DNA from: a virus
Taxonomy: Duplodnaviria > Caudoviricetes
Strand: one strand, 5' to 3'
Length of the DNA: 54,348 nt
Virus record (IMG/VR): IMGVR_UViG_3300017963_000320
Location: 1 to 54,348 of that record
The notes under the pieces: generated by a model
Databases searched by the model: none
The model's input: the letters and a program-made list of their open reading frames with translations, nothing else
Told to the model about the DNA's origin: nothing
In this document: in pieces, positions 37,503-47,910 of the stretch
How the letters are laid out: each line of letters starts with the position of its first letter
Numbering within the stretch: the stretch's first letter is position 1
Position numbers and translations under genes: made by a program

Positions 37503-38170
37503 AGTCTGAAGATGGAATTTTGATCACAGGAATTGCAAGAAGTGGAACAAGTGCAACAGCAGGAAGCATTGACATCTGTGGTGCATATGGTGGAAAAACT
37601 GCTGGTGGTACAAGGTACAATCAGAAAGGCTTTTTTGAAAACACTGAAATCAGAAATGCATTGATCAAACCATTTCTTCTTGCAAACAATTGTGATCCAT
37701 TAGGGCAGAACCCATTGCCTGACATTGAAAAACTTGATGACTTTCCTGAACTTCAGGAGAAATTTTTTCAAGTCATGCAACGTCATGGATACAAACAGGG
37801 GAAATGGTATTACAAGGGCGCAAAGATGTGTTTGATTTGGACTGTCATTCACAATGCATTCCCGAATGCAAAGTGGGTGATTGTCAGAAGGAATGATGAA
37901 GACATCATCAATTCATGTTTGAAAACAGGCTTCATGCGAAAGAACAAAGGGCGTGAAGGTTGGCAATGGTGGATTGATGAACACAAGAAAAGGTTTCAGG
38001 AAATGCACACAGCAGGATTGCAGATCAAAGAAATTTATCCTGCAAAAATGGCTGAAGGTGATTTCACAGAAATGCAGGAATGCATTGAATGGTTAGGTTT
38101 GGAATGGAAAGAAAAAGAAGTCAGGAAGTTTATTGATCCACAATTATACAGCAGGACAAAAGTAAAATGA
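37499..38170 (+). CDS. PAPS-dependent sulfotransferase
   Basis: ILITGIARSGTS (5'-PSB loop), NQKGFFE, VIVRRN.EDIINS (3'-PB). Confidence 0.8.
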   Translation: MKSEDGILITGIARSGTSATAGSIDICGAYGGKTAGGTRYNQKGFFENTEIRNALIKPFLLANNCDPLGQNPLPDIEKLDDFPELQEKFFQVMQRHGYKQGKWYYKGAKMCLIWTVIHNAFPNAKWVIVRRNDEDIINSCLKTGFMRKNKGREGWQWWIDEHKKRFQEMHTAGLQIKEIYPAKMAEGDFTEMQECIEWLGLEWKEKEVRKFIDPQLYSRTKVK

Positions 38171-38391
38171 AACTGATTGTCAAAAAAGAAAAAAACGGTC
38201 AATGTCAGTTGGCACTTGAAGGACAAGATGATTTGAAGATTACAGGCTTCACAATCAAGGCAGGTGTGGATGAAATGATGACAGCAACGATTGATGTTTT
38301 GATCCTGCCTGAAGATGAACTTTTGATTGATGCAGATGATCCACACTTGACAATCAATAAACACTTAATTGGAGAAACAAAAAATGCTTGA
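38167..38391 (+). CDS. Hypothetical protein
   Basis: Coupled ORF. Confidence 0.6.
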   Translation: MKLIVKKEKNGQCQLALEGQDDLKITGFTIKAGVDEMMTATIDVLILPEDELLIDADDPHLTINKHLIGETKNA

Positions 38392-38794
38392 TTCAAGTTG
38401 TCCAATTACAGGTGATGAAGTTGCAGAAGTTCTTGGAATCACAATTGATTCAGGAAGCACAGAACTAGACTTTGCAATCAATTGTGCCTGCAAACTTTAT
38501 GATTCATGTGTCAAAGGCACAGGTGATTCAACGCTTGAAAGTTGCGTATTGCTTTATTTGTCAGCACACTTTGCAAGCCTGAGCGACAAATATAAAAAGG
38601 TGCTTGCACAATCTGAAAAACTTGGTGATGCACAGATCACTTTTGCAATCAATGCATCAGGTGGTGCAGGTGGTCTTTCTTCAACAGTCTATGGTCAGAC
38701 AGCTTTGGACATGGACAAGACAGGAAGACTGCGATCAAAAACATGTGGCATTGGTATTGAATCAATGGGAGCATACAACAATGGCAATTGCTGA
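38384..38794 (+). CDS. Head-tail adaptor (DUF4054-like)
   Basis: LYLSAHFA, SEKLGD..ITF, L.ST.YGQ.A..MD.TG.L. Confidence 0.75.
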   Translation: MLDSSCPITGDEVAEVLGITIDSGSTELDFAINCACKLYDSCVKGTGDSTLESCVLLYLSAHFASLSDKYKKVLAQSEKLGDAQITFAINASGGAGGLSSTVYGQTALDMDKTGRLRSKTCGIGIESMGAYNNGNC

Positions 38795-39146
38795 ATTTGT
38801 CAATCAGAATCTGTTGAACGATGCCGTATATTGGTCAATCGGTGCAGGTGAAGACGATGGTGAAGGGAACATCACATATCCTGCACCCATTGAAATCAAA
38901 TGCAGATGGCAAGATGTGAATGAAATGGTTGATGACAATGAAGGGAATCAATTTTTAAGTCAAGCAATAATCTATTCAGACAGGGAACTTGAAGATAACG
39001 GTTGGCTGTTTGAAGGAAAGCTGACTGACATTGTTGGAAGCACTGACAATCCGAAAGAAGTTGCAGGTGCTTACATGATAAAAAAGAAGGGTAAAAGTTC
39101 AAGACTGAAGATTGCTGATGAAAAAATCTTCAAGGTGTGGATATGA
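38781..39146 (+). CDS. Head closure protein
   Basis: AVYW...D..G...Y..P.EIKCRWQD...D..G; synteny. Confidence 0.7.
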   Translation: MAIAEFVNQNLLNDAVYWSIGAGEDDGEGNITYPAPIEIKCRWQDVNEMVDDNEGNQFLSQAIIYSDRELEDNGWLFEGKLTDIVGSTDNPKEVAGAYMIKKKGKSSRLKIADEKIFKVWI

Positions 39147-39652
39147 GCATTCAAATGACAGTTCAAGGTGTTGATGTGACAGAGCAAAATATGCTGAAAG
39201 TTGCAAGCGATGTTTTGATTGCATCAGAAATTGGTGTATTCAAAACAGGCTTGCTTGTTCAAAGAACTGCACAGTTGAAAGCACCTGTTGATTTGGGCAA
39301 CTTGAAAGCATCTGCATACACACATGGAAAAAGGCAGGCATTTGACGATCCATCATGGGTGAAAGAGAAAAAAGAAAAGGATGAAAAAACAGGAAGAATT
39401 GTTGTCAGGACAGCAGACCCTGTTGAACTTTCAGTTGATCATGCAAATGCAAAGAATGAAGCAACAGGAAGAATCAGGGTTCAAGAACAGCAATTGAATC
39501 AACTTGTTGTCGTTGGGTTTTCTGCAAACTATGCAATTTATGTTCATGAAAATCACAGAACAAAATCAGATTTCTTGCGTTCTGCAATAACAGAAAGCAG
39601 TGACACTTTGCTGATGAATGTTGCAAGAGAAATCAAAAGGGTGTTGCCATGA
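39143..39652 (+). CDS. HK97 gp10-like neck/tail-completion protein
   Basis: APVDLGNLKAS; VGFSANYAIYVHE; FL..A. Confidence 0.75.
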   Translation: MSIQMTVQGVDVTEQNMLKVASDVLIASEIGVFKTGLLVQRTAQLKAPVDLGNLKASAYTHGKRQAFDDPSWVKEKKEKDEKTGRIVVRTADPVELSVDHANAKNEATGRIRVQEQQLNQLVVVGFSANYAIYVHENHRTKSDFLRSAITESSDTLLMNVAREIKRVLP

Positions 39653-40074
39653 ATGCAGTCACAAAAGATTTAGTTGAATATTTTGTTGCAGAAGGTCTTG
39701 GTGTTAAAGGTGGCAAAACTGATTGGGCATTATACATGAACCAAGAACCTGCATCAGGAAAAGATAACGGTCCTGCATCAGACAATGTGATCACACTTTA
39801 CGATCAGGCAGGACAACCACCTGCACGATGCATCAACAGTCAGAAGACTGCATTCTTCACAGCCTTTCAAATCAGGGCAAGGGGAAATGTTCAAACTGAT
39901 GTCAGGGAAAGACTGAAACTTTTAAGAGATAAACTGACAAGCATTGAAGGATGGTTGCAGTTGAATGGAACAGATTACATGAATTTCCAACCGTTGTCCG
40001 ACATGTTTCTAATCGCCAGAGATGACAGACAGCGATGGATTTGGGCGGTGAATTATCAGGTTCTAAGAAAATGA
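39649..40074 (+). CDS. Tail terminator / minor tail protein
   Basis: ITLYD..G, FQIRARG, RDD..R..W..NY; synteny. Confidence 0.7.
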   Translation: MNAVTKDLVEYFVAEGLGVKGGKTDWALYMNQEPASGKDNGPASDNVITLYDQAGQPPARCINSQKTAFFTAFQIRARGNVQTDVRERLKLLRDKLTSIEGWLQLNGTDYMNFQPLSDMFLIARDDRQRWIWAVNYQVLRK

Positions 40075-40118
40075 TGATTCACCATGAAACAATAACAATG
40101 ATGAATTGAGGTAAAAAA

Positions 40119-40508
40119 ATGCCAAAGAATTCACATGGTACAAAGATAACTTTTGCGAGTGGTTTCCTTGCTTGCATCACAGCCTTTGTTTTACCTGATC
40201 AAACAAGAATTGCTCTTGACACTTCTTGCATGGACACCGACACATGGCGGACAAAAATCCCAGGCAAGTTAATTGATCAAGGTGAAATGACTGTTGACCT
40301 GTTCTTTGAACCTGAAAACATTCCTCCGATCAATGGTTCACCCGAAACCATTGTCATACAGTTCACCGATGGTGCGACTTGGAGTTTTACAGGTTTTATG
40401 ACTGCAACAGGTGGTGCATCTGCTGAACTTGATGGATTGATGACACAAACTGTCACCATCACTGTCAGTGGAAAAATTGAAATCACTGGTGACAGTTCAT
40501 CAGGTTAA
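40119..40508 (+). CDS. Major tail tube protein
   Basis: GTKITF, R..LDTS, IPG.LID.GE.TV, W.F.GF.T, T.TI.VSG; upstream of chaperones and TMP. Confidence 0.8.
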   Translation: MPKNSHGTKITFASGFLACITAFVLPDQTRIALDTSCMDTDTWRTKIPGKLIDQGEMTVDLFFEPENIPPINGSPETIVIQFTDGATWSFTGFMTATGGASAELDGLMTQTVTITVSGKIEITGDSSSG

Positions 40509-40529
40509 TAAAAAAAAGGTAAACATAAA

Positions 40530-40952
40530 ATGGACAGCTTAACCAAAGCAGAAATCCTTGAATTCAAAAATCTTGAAATCGTGGCTGTGTCCTTGCCTGA
40601 AATGGGCAAGGGCAAAGTCATCAATATAATTGCTTGGAATGGCAGACAGCGTGACCGTTGGGAACAGCAACTGCAAGACAATCAGAAAGGAAAGAAGATC
40701 AGCTTGCGAGGCATCAAAGCACTTGCATGTTGTCTTTCCATCTGCAATGACAAAGGTGAAATGCTTTTCAACGAAAATGATTCTGCTGAACTGAACAAGA
40801 TCAGTGCAAAAATTATCAACAAACTTTGGGATAAGATTTGCGAGATCAATGGTATTGGTGAAAGTGAAGTTGAAGAATTGCAGGGAAACTCAAAAGGCGG
40901 GGCGAAAGATGGTTTTGGTTCCGCCTCTCAAGAGAATTTGGAATCCCTGTAA
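40530..40952 (+). CDS. Tail assembly chaperone (gpG-like)
   Basis: Between tube and TMP; slippery G GGA AAC at QGN. Confidence 0.8.
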   Translation: MDSLTKAEILEFKNLEIVAVSLPEMGKGKVINIIAWNGRQRDRWEQQLQDNQKGKKISLRGIKALACCLSICNDKGEMLFNENDSAELNKISAKIINKLWDKICEINGIGESEVEELQGNSKGGAKDGFGSASQENLESL

Positions 40953-41242
40953 AGCAACTGCAAGAACAGATCAGTTCAAAAGAGTTTGCAGAATACATGG
41001 CATTCTATCTGATTGAACCATCAATCGAAGATAAAATTGTTGCGTATCTGAAACAGGTTGCATACTATGTTGACAGATCATCAGGTGGAAAGGTAGACAG
41101 AAACCTGACAAAATATGAACTGTTTGAAAAGGCATTGAATGAAACCATGACTGATGATGAAATCATCAATGCAAGAAAGCAATGGCAAGAAGCAAACAAA
41201 GATATGTTTGTCAGAAAAAAGAGAAAGAAGAAAAGCGTGTAA
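40883..41242 (+). CDS. -1 frameshift extension (gpGT-like)
   Basis: GGGAAAC at 40883-40889; -1 frame reads GKLKRRGERWFWFRLSREFGIPVKQLQEQISSKEFAEYMAFYLIEP, continuous with ORF 40997-41242. Confidence 0.8.
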   Translation, partial: GKLKRRGERWFWFRLSREFGIPVKQLQEQISSKEFAEYMAFYLIEPSIEDKIVAYLKQVAYYVDRSSGGKVDRNLTKYELFEKALNETMTDDEIINARKQWQEANKDMFVRKKRKKKSV

Positions 41243-41259
41243 ACGCAAGGAAATAAAAA

Positions 41260-43665
41260 ATGCCTACCGTTGGAAGCATTGTCGTTGACCTTGTTGCTAA
41301 TACATCAAAGTTCATCAGGGGCATTGATGAAAGCACAACTGAAATGGAAAAGTTTGGTCGTGTCATGGAAGCAACAGGAACAAAGATGCGAAACATTGGC
41401 AGGTCACTTTTCACAAGGGTGACATTGCCGATCACAGCTTTGGGTGTTGCATCAGTCAAACTTGCATCAGACTTTGAAACAAGCATGACAAAGATTGAAA
41501 CCCTTGTCGGCATTGCAGGTGATGAAGTTGGAAGGATGCGATCACAGGTTCTTGAATTGTCAGGACAAACATCAAAGTCACCAAGAGAACTTGCAGATGC
41601 ATTGTTTGTTGTAACATCAGCAGGTCTGCGTGGAAGCAAGGCAATGGAAACCCTTCAACAATCTGCAAAGGCATCTGTTGCAGGTCTTGGTGAAACACAG
41701 GATATTGCAAGGGCAGTCACAGGTGTTCTTCAGGCTTATTCAAAGCAAGGTCTGCAAGCAAGTGAAGCAACAGACATTCTTCTTGGAACAGTTCGTGCTG
41801 GTAACTTGGAAGCGTCAGAGCTTGCACCTACACTTGGTCGAGTTGTGGGAATTGCAGGTGAACTTGGTGTGTCATTCAAAGAAGTTGGTGCAAACATTGC
41901 AACATTCACAAGACTTGGTGTGAACAGTGCAGAAGCTGTGACAGGTCTTCGTGCAATCCTGTCTTCAGTTCTTTCACCAACAGAGAAAACAGAACAGGCA
42001 CTTGCAACTGTTGGTTTGTCTGCTGAAGATTTGCGAAGAAAGATTGGTGAACAAGGCTTGCAAAGAACACTTGCAGAATTGCTTGAAAAGTTTCAAGGAA
42101 ATTCAGCGGCACTTGCTGATGTTTTCCCTAATGTCAGAGCATTGTCAAACGTTCTTGGTACAGCATCAGCACAGGGTGAAACATATGCACAGGTGTTGAA
42201 AGACATGGAAGAATCAACAGGTCTTGTTGATCAGGCATTTGACAGAACAAAGCAAACAGCAGGACAAAAGTTTGCTGAAGCAATCAATGCATCAAAGAAA
42301 GCATTCATCAGTTTTGGTGAAACACTGCTTCCTGTTATCACAAAGATTGTTGAAGGAATCACATCAGTTGTCAAAGCAATTGGTGACATGAATAAATTTT
42401 GGAAGATTGTAACAATCACAGTCCTTGCATTTGCGGCGGTCATTCCACCACTTCTGATTCTTATGGGAACTTGGCTTGCAATCATTGGACAGATCACAAT
42501 TGCATATGGAAAAGGATTGATCCCTGCAATTTGGGCTTCAACAAAAGCAATCATTGCAAAGACTGTTGCAATTGGTTTGGCAATTCTTCCTGTTGTGGCT
42601 TTGACTGCTGTGATTGTTGCACTTGGTTTAGCATTTATGGAAGCAGGAGATAATGCACAGACAGGTGCAAGAATGTTCAGGGAATCATTCAGGAATGAAA
42701 AGAATTTCACTGCACTTGGAAAAGCAACTGAAAGCATTGCAAAGTTGAAGAAAGAACTTGAAAAGATGCCAAAGGGAACACTGCCAGCAGAACAGAAAAG
42801 GCTGGAACTTTTCAAGGAACAATCAAAAAGGCTGAATTCACAGAGAAAGATTTTCACAGACCTTGCCAAAGAGCAAAGGGCAACAGGCAGGGGTGATCTT
42901 GCACAGCGATCAATGCGAATTGCAAGAGAAAGAACAAAGCAACTGATTGAACAGAACAAGAAGATCAAGGAACAGTCACAACTGATCAAGAAGATTGCCA
43001 AAGAAGAACGTGAACGAATGGCAAGGGAACAAAGGGCAAAATCCCTTGAAAAGTTTGCTGAAGGCATTGCAAAGATTCAGGAAGGTTTGCGTGGTGGTGG
43101 AATGTCACCAATGGAAAAACTTGCTGATGATATAAGCAAGGCAGAAGAAAATGCAAGGAAATTAGTTGCAGGATTGAAAGGTCTGACAGCAGAACAGAAA
43201 AGCACACTGACAGAACAGGCAATTGCTGACATCAAGAAACTTGGTGCTGAAAGAAAAAGACAGATCAAGAAAGATGCAGAAATCGAACTTGCACAGGCAT
43301 TGCTGACAGGAAAGGAATTGCAAATCTTCAATGAAAAAAGAAGGTTCAATGCACTACGAAAGCAGGCAGGTGACAACAAAAAGATTCAGGATGCACTGAA
43401 GAAACAGTTGGAACTGAACATTGGAAAGATTCTTGCAGATGGTGAAAAGAAAAAAGAACCATCAGGAAGAACAACACTGACAACAGATGCACTTCGCAGG
43501 GGAAGCGTTGAAGCATTCAGGGCGTTGAATGTTGACAGAGATAATAAAGAATTGAAAGTCCAGCAAGAAACAGCAAACAACACTGAAGCAACAAAGAAAG
43601 CACTTGAAAACATTGAAAGAAAACTTGGTGAACAAGGTTTTCAATTGCTAGTGCGAGGTAATTAA
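41260..43665 (+). CDS. Tail tape measure protein (TP901-type core)
   Basis: 801 aa, helical; T.PI.ALG..SVK.A.DFE.SM; central hydrophobic segments. Confidence 0.9.
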   Translation: MPTVGSIVVDLVANTSKFIRGIDESTTEMEKFGRVMEATGTKMRNIGRSLFTRVTLPITALGVASVKLASDFETSMTKIETLVGIAGDEVGRMRSQVLELSGQTSKSPRELADALFVVTSAGLRGSKAMETLQQSAKASVAGLGETQDIARAVTGVLQAYSKQGLQASEATDILLGTVRAGNLEASELAPTLGRVVGIAGELGVSFKEVGANIATFTRLGVNSAEAVTGLRAILSSVLSPTEKTEQALATVGLSAEDLRRKIGEQGLQRTLAELLEKFQGNSAALADVFPNVRALSNVLGTASAQGETYAQVLKDMEESTGLVDQAFDRTKQTAGQKFAEAINASKKAFISFGETLLPVITKIVEGITSVVKAIGDMNKFWKIVTITVLAFAAVIPPLLILMGTWLAIIGQITIAYGKGLIPAIWASTKAIIAKTVAIGLAILPVVALTAVIVALGLAFMEAGDNAQTGARMFRESFRNEKNFTALGKATESIAKLKKELEKMPKGTLPAEQKRLELFKEQSKRLNSQRKIFTDLAKEQRATGRGDLAQRSMRIARERTKQLIEQNKKIKEQSQLIKKIAKEERERMAREQRAKSLEKFAEGIAKIQEGLRGGGMSPMEKLADDISKAEENARKLVAGLKGLTAEQKSTLTEQAIADIKKLGAERKRQIKKDAEIELAQALLTGKELQIFNEKRRFNALRKQAGDNKKIQDALKKQLELNIGKILADGEKKKEPSGRTTLTTDALRRGSVEAFRALNVDRDNKELKVQQETANNTEATKKALENIERKLGEQGFQLLVRGN

Positions 43666-44661
43666 ATGCCAACACCAACACAAATATTTGAAACAGCAGG
43701 TGACGGAAGACGAGCACCAATAAACAGTGACAACACTTTCAACTTCATCAGGACATTCAGAGTTGTTTATGATGAACCTGTGTTTGATCTTGCAGAAGTT
43801 GCAGGTGCAAAGATCAGTGAATCAGTCAGACTGCCAAGAAAGGGTGAACCATATTCAACACAGTTTTCAAAAGCAACTGTTCGTGTCATTGATCCAACAG
43901 ATGTGAACGATGAAGGCTGTGTCTTTGACGTAAGGGTTGAATATTCTTCAGAAGGAAGTTCATCAAACAGAGACAATCCTGATAATCCTTTGAAGCGTCC
44001 GTGGAAAGTTTCATTCAGTTTTGACTTCAAAGAAAAGACATTGGAAAGGGCAAAGTCAAGCATTGGTGCTTTCAATGAATCAGTTGCTGTTGCAACTATT
44101 GCAGGGGAAAAGTTTGATCCGCCACTTGTCCAGCAAGAAACATTCACACTTGTCAGAATGGTGAAAAACATGGCAAATTTTCCAACTGCACTTGCAAGGG
44201 AAACTGTGAAAAGCATGAACAAGAACAAGACAAATGTTGCAGGAATTGATGTTCCTGAACTTCATGCATTCATGCGATCAATCACATCAGGTGACAAGCA
44301 AAAAGAAAATGATGTTGAATTCTATGCAGTGACATTTGAAGTTTTGATTGCAGGTCAGATTCAAAATCAAAATGTGAACTACGTTCCAAAAAACACAGCA
44401 AGAAACAAGGTCAGTCCTTTTGACACTGAAATCCTTCATGCAGGATACAGGGCATTCTATGTGAATTCGCCCGGATCAAGTGATGCTGATGAAGTGACAA
44501 TCAACAATAAGAAACCATCAAAGCCTGTCTTGTTGAATGATGAAGGTGCATACGATCCCGAAGCACAAAAACCTGAAAATGCATCCTATATTGTTTTCAG
44601 AACATTTGAAGCAAAAGATTGGAAAAATCTCGGGTTGCCTGTCAATCAAGGTGGTGTCTGA
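43666..44661 (+). CDS. Tail tip / distal tail protein (putative)
   Basis: Directly after TMP; AGEKFDPPL, PVLLNDEG. Confidence 0.65.
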   Translation: MPTPTQIFETAGDGRRAPINSDNTFNFIRTFRVVYDEPVFDLAEVAGAKISESVRLPRKGEPYSTQFSKATVRVIDPTDVNDEGCVFDVRVEYSSEGSSSNRDNPDNPLKRPWKVSFSFDFKEKTLERAKSSIGAFNESVAVATIAGEKFDPPLVQQETFTLVRMVKNMANFPTALARETVKSMNKNKTNVAGIDVPELHAFMRSITSGDKQKENDVEFYAVTFEVLIAGQIQNQNVNYVPKNTARNKVSPFDTEILHAGYRAFYVNSPGSSDADEVTINNKKPSKPVLLNDEGAYDPEAQKPENASYIVFRTFEAKDWKNLGLPVNQGGV

Positions 44662-46406
44662 TGGCAGATAAAGGTGTTGTATTTGGTGAAAAAACTGCTG
44701 ACAGAATTCTGAATGCAACTCAAAAGGTTGAATCAGCAACAAGGGGAATTGGTTCAAGCACATCGGTCAGTTCAGAAAATGTCACCTATGTCGAAATCAC
44801 AGAAGCACTTGAAAATGGTTTTTATTTAGGGGTGCAAAGGGTTTTTGATTTTGAAGCAGTACAAGACACAGAAAACCCTGAACCATTTTTCATTGAACCA
44901 ACATCAGGAAACATCATTCAATTCAATGGCGGTCCAAATGGTGACAACACAAACTTTGGTGTCAGTGAAGCAAGCAATCTTTTTGAAATCAATGGAATGA
45001 CAGGTGTTCCAGCAGGAACAATTGTTCAGGTCTTTCCTGCGTATGGAATTGCAGGTGGTACACAATGGGTTTTTGATGTCAAGTCAGCATTGCTGTTGCC
45101 TTTTCAATTGTCATACGATTCTGATATTTCAGAAGCAACAGTTGGTGCATTCAGAAGTGAATCATGGTATCCGTTTGAAGATTCAATCAGACTTGGCGGA
45201 CAGGAAGAACTGATTCAAACATCACCTGAATCAATCAGTGCAAGTGATGGTGATGTCATCTTTTATGAAATAACAATTTCAACTTTCATGGCAACACTGA
45301 ACAAAGACACTGCACTGCCAGCAGACACAGCCGACACCCGACATGTTGAAGTTGGAAGGATCAAAGGCAATCAGGCACATCAAACACTGTACGGAATCAT
45401 CAGGCTTGATCTTGGTGAAGTCAGGGTTTCAATTGATGACTTGGAACTTGGTTTGCTATACGATAAAATTCAAGCACCTTCAGACACAGGTGATGTTGCA
45501 AATGGTGCAGACAATCTTGCACTTGTTGTCTATGTGGCAAATCCAGCAGGTGCAGAATTGGTTGCATTAGATTTTGACATTCAACTTTTGCCAAGTCAGA
45601 CAATCAGCACATCAGACCACCTGATGCTTGCAAGTGGTCAAAATCATTACAAAGCAACACTTGAAGACATCTACGACAACATTGATGACATCTTTGTGAC
45701 TGCATCTTCATCTGACACAACTGCCGGACCATTGTTTGACGCATCAGTTGGAACAGAAAAACTTCGGGCAGGTGCAGGTGGAAAAGATGGTTACGATCCT
45801 GTATCAACACCTGATAACGATGCACTTTATGTCTATGTCACAAATGAAGCAGGTGACGAAGAAATGTGGATCGACATGGACATTGCAAGACTGGTGAACC
45901 TTGCACCAAATTCAACTGATGTCATCATGTTTGCACCTGATTCAACTGCACCAACACATCAGAAAAGAACCTTTGGTGAATTGGCAGGTGATGCAATTCA
46001 ATTTCTGAACAATGCCTTTGCACTTGATGGAAAAAGATCAATCACAACAGACACAGATCAAGCACAGCTTGTCAATGATTTGGATGATGGAAGTCTTTCT
46101 GATGGATATTGCTATTCATACGATACAACTAGGGGATGGCACTTGATAGAAGACCTTCTGATCACAATGAATGGATATAACGCATCATTTGACCAGTTTA
46201 TTGTTTCAGATTCAAGTGGTGGATCACCTGCCGAATGGCGAAATCTTTCTGTTCTTGCAGGTGAACTGCTGACCTATAGTGAAGCATTCAATTCACTTGA
46301 TGTTGACCTGACAGGAATCACAGGGTACGATTCAGGGAAAACACAATTTCTTGGACACATTTCAGGAACACTGACTTGGATTGATTCAAGCACGACCTGC
46401 ACATAA
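44661..46406 (+). CDS. Tail protein (baseplate/fibre-like)
   Basis: Acidic and beta-rich; ITGYDSGKTQFLGH near the C-terminus; synteny. Confidence 0.65.
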   Translation: MADKGVVFGEKTADRILNATQKVESATRGIGSSTSVSSENVTYVEITEALENGFYLGVQRVFDFEAVQDTENPEPFFIEPTSGNIIQFNGGPNGDNTNFGVSEASNLFEINGMTGVPAGTIVQVFPAYGIAGGTQWVFDVKSALLLPFQLSYDSDISEATVGAFRSESWYPFEDSIRLGGQEELIQTSPESISASDGDVIFYEITISTFMATLNKDTALPADTADTRHVEVGRIKGNQAHQTLYGIIRLDLGEVRVSIDDLELGLLYDKIQAPSDTGDVANGADNLALVVYVANPAGAELVALDFDIQLLPSQTISTSDHLMLASGQNHYKATLEDIYDNIDDIFVTASSSDTTAGPLFDASVGTEKLRAGAGGKDGYDPVSTPDNDALYVYVTNEAGDEEMWIDMDIARLVNLAPNSTDVIMFAPDSTAPTHQKRTFGELAGDAIQFLNNAFALDGKRSITTDTDQAQLVNDLDDGSLSDGYCYSYDTTRGWHLIEDLLITMNGYNASFDQFIVSDSSGGSPAEWRNLSVLAGELLTYSEAFNSLDVDLTGITGYDSGKTQFLGHISGTLTWIDSSTTCT

Positions 46407-46419
46407 AGGGAATCATGTA

Positions 46420-46959
46420 ATGCCTGAAGTTCGATTGAATGCAAATGGTGAAGTCTTATTGAATGCAAGTGGTGAAGTTGCCATTGACACTGAATGCTGT
46501 TGCACAGTTGTCTATGAACTTTGTGATCCAACATCAATTGAATATCTTGAATGCAATGGTGATTCATCAGCAGTTCCAATTTATGTTGACCCTTCAGTTT
46601 TATCAGGGATTGATCCACCACCATCTGTGATTGAAATTTCAGGAACATGTTATGAATTTGTTCAGAAAAGCCTGACTGCCATTGATACATTTTCAATTGA
46701 TTCAGAACCAAATGCATGTGATGATTCTGTCTGTGCAGGTGCAGTTCTTGATTGTGGTGATGCAGGTTGCACAAATCAGATCACACACAGTTCAATTGCG
46801 CCATTCTTTACAGAAGCTGAATGTTTGGCGGCACTACCACCGAGCCCTGATTGCACATCTGATTGCAGTGGATCATTTAGTTCCGCACCATGTGGTGCAT
46901 TCTGTGCAGATTTAGGCGGTCTATGGGCAATCACCTGTTGCTGTGAGGATTCACCATAA
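46420..46959 (+). CDS. Cys-rich tail-tip protein 1
   Basis: 18 Cys in 179 aa; carries the shared module. Confidence 0.7.
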   Translation: MPEVRLNANGEVLLNASGEVAIDTECCCTVVYELCDPTSIEYLECNGDSSAVPIYVDPSVLSGIDPPPSVIEISGTCYEFVQKSLTAIDTFSIDSEPNACDDSVCAGAVLDCGDAGCTNQITHSSIAPFFTEAECLAALPPSPDCTSDCSGSFSSAPCGAFCADLGGLWAITCCCEDSP

Positions 46960-47909
46960 TGTCTGATATAAGAGTAAATAAAACAAATTTAAGTGATCCA
47001 ATTCCTGATGTGGTCAAAGCAGGTGGTGTGTGCTATAAGATAAAAGAAATCAACAGTGATGCACCCGACACAGTTCCAACTGATGAATACGAAGATTGCG
47101 ACTGCTGTATTGCAACATCTGTTTGCTATCAATCCTGCGATGATTCATCAATTTTGATTTACATTGATCCTTCTGCATTAGATATGAGCAACATTCCTTT
47201 GGTTGTGGAAATTTCAGGAACATGTTATGAATTGCCTTTGTGCAGTCAAGAAGCACCTGACACATTCAGCATCAGCAGTACACCACCTGATTGTGATGAT
47301 TCAGTTTGTTCAGGATCAGGTTCTTGTATTTATGAATTATGTGATCCTGTGTCAGTACAATATCAGGAATGTGCAGGTGGCGGTGGTGCAACAATCTATG
47401 TTGATCCTTCAGTTCTTTCAACACTTGATCCACCACCTGACATTGTGGAAATAAATGAAATCTGTTACGAGTACGTGCAGAAGTCTTTGACTGCCATTGA
47501 CACATTCAGCATTTCAACAGATAGTGCTGTTGATTGTGCTGATGAACTTTGTGTTGTCTGTCCTGCAAATAAAACAGCTTCTTATCTTGCACAATCAGGG
47601 GGAACGTTAATATTTGGTTCATGTGGTGTTTGCGGAATACCTCTAACAAACCTTGCAAGGCAAAGTGATTTACAATGGCTTGGAACTGTTGGTTCACAGT
47701 TTGTTTATCTTGAAAGGGTTTCAAATGAATGGCAAGTCAGGTATCTGTGTAACGCTGGAACACCTGTCACAGTCATTTATAAATTGCCAGGCGGTGCAGG
47801 TATTGGTCAAGCCTGCCCACCAAACGGAAACTATCAACACACAAGTTTCCCATCAGCAGGCGTGGCTTGTGCAGGAACAGTAATACCTTCTTTTATGGTG
47901 ATAAGTTAA
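46959..47909 (+). CDS. Cys-rich tail-tip protein 2
   Basis: Two copies of the shared module plus a unique C-terminal domain. Confidence 0.7.
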   Translation: MSDIRVNKTNLSDPIPDVVKAGGVCYKIKEINSDAPDTVPTDEYEDCDCCIATSVCYQSCDDSSILIYIDPSALDMSNIPLVVEISGTCYELPLCSQEAPDTFSISSTPPDCDDSVCSGSGSCIYELCDPVSVQYQECAGGGGATIYVDPSVLSTLDPPPDIVEINEICYEYVQKSLTAIDTFSISTDSAVDCADELCVVCPANKTASYLAQSGGTLIFGSCGVCGIPLTNLARQSDLQWLGTVGSQFVYLERVSNEWQVRYLCNAGTPVTVIYKLPGGAGIGQACPPNGNYQHTSFPSAGVACAGTVIPSFMVIS

Positions 47910-47910
47910 A

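Noticed and set aside
42231-43067. 278-aa minus-strand ORF, and the many other minus-strand ORFs in the track
   Set aside because: Antisense shadows of well-supported + strand genes with no RBS or motifs; TA depletion lowers stop-codon frequency and inflates such ORFs
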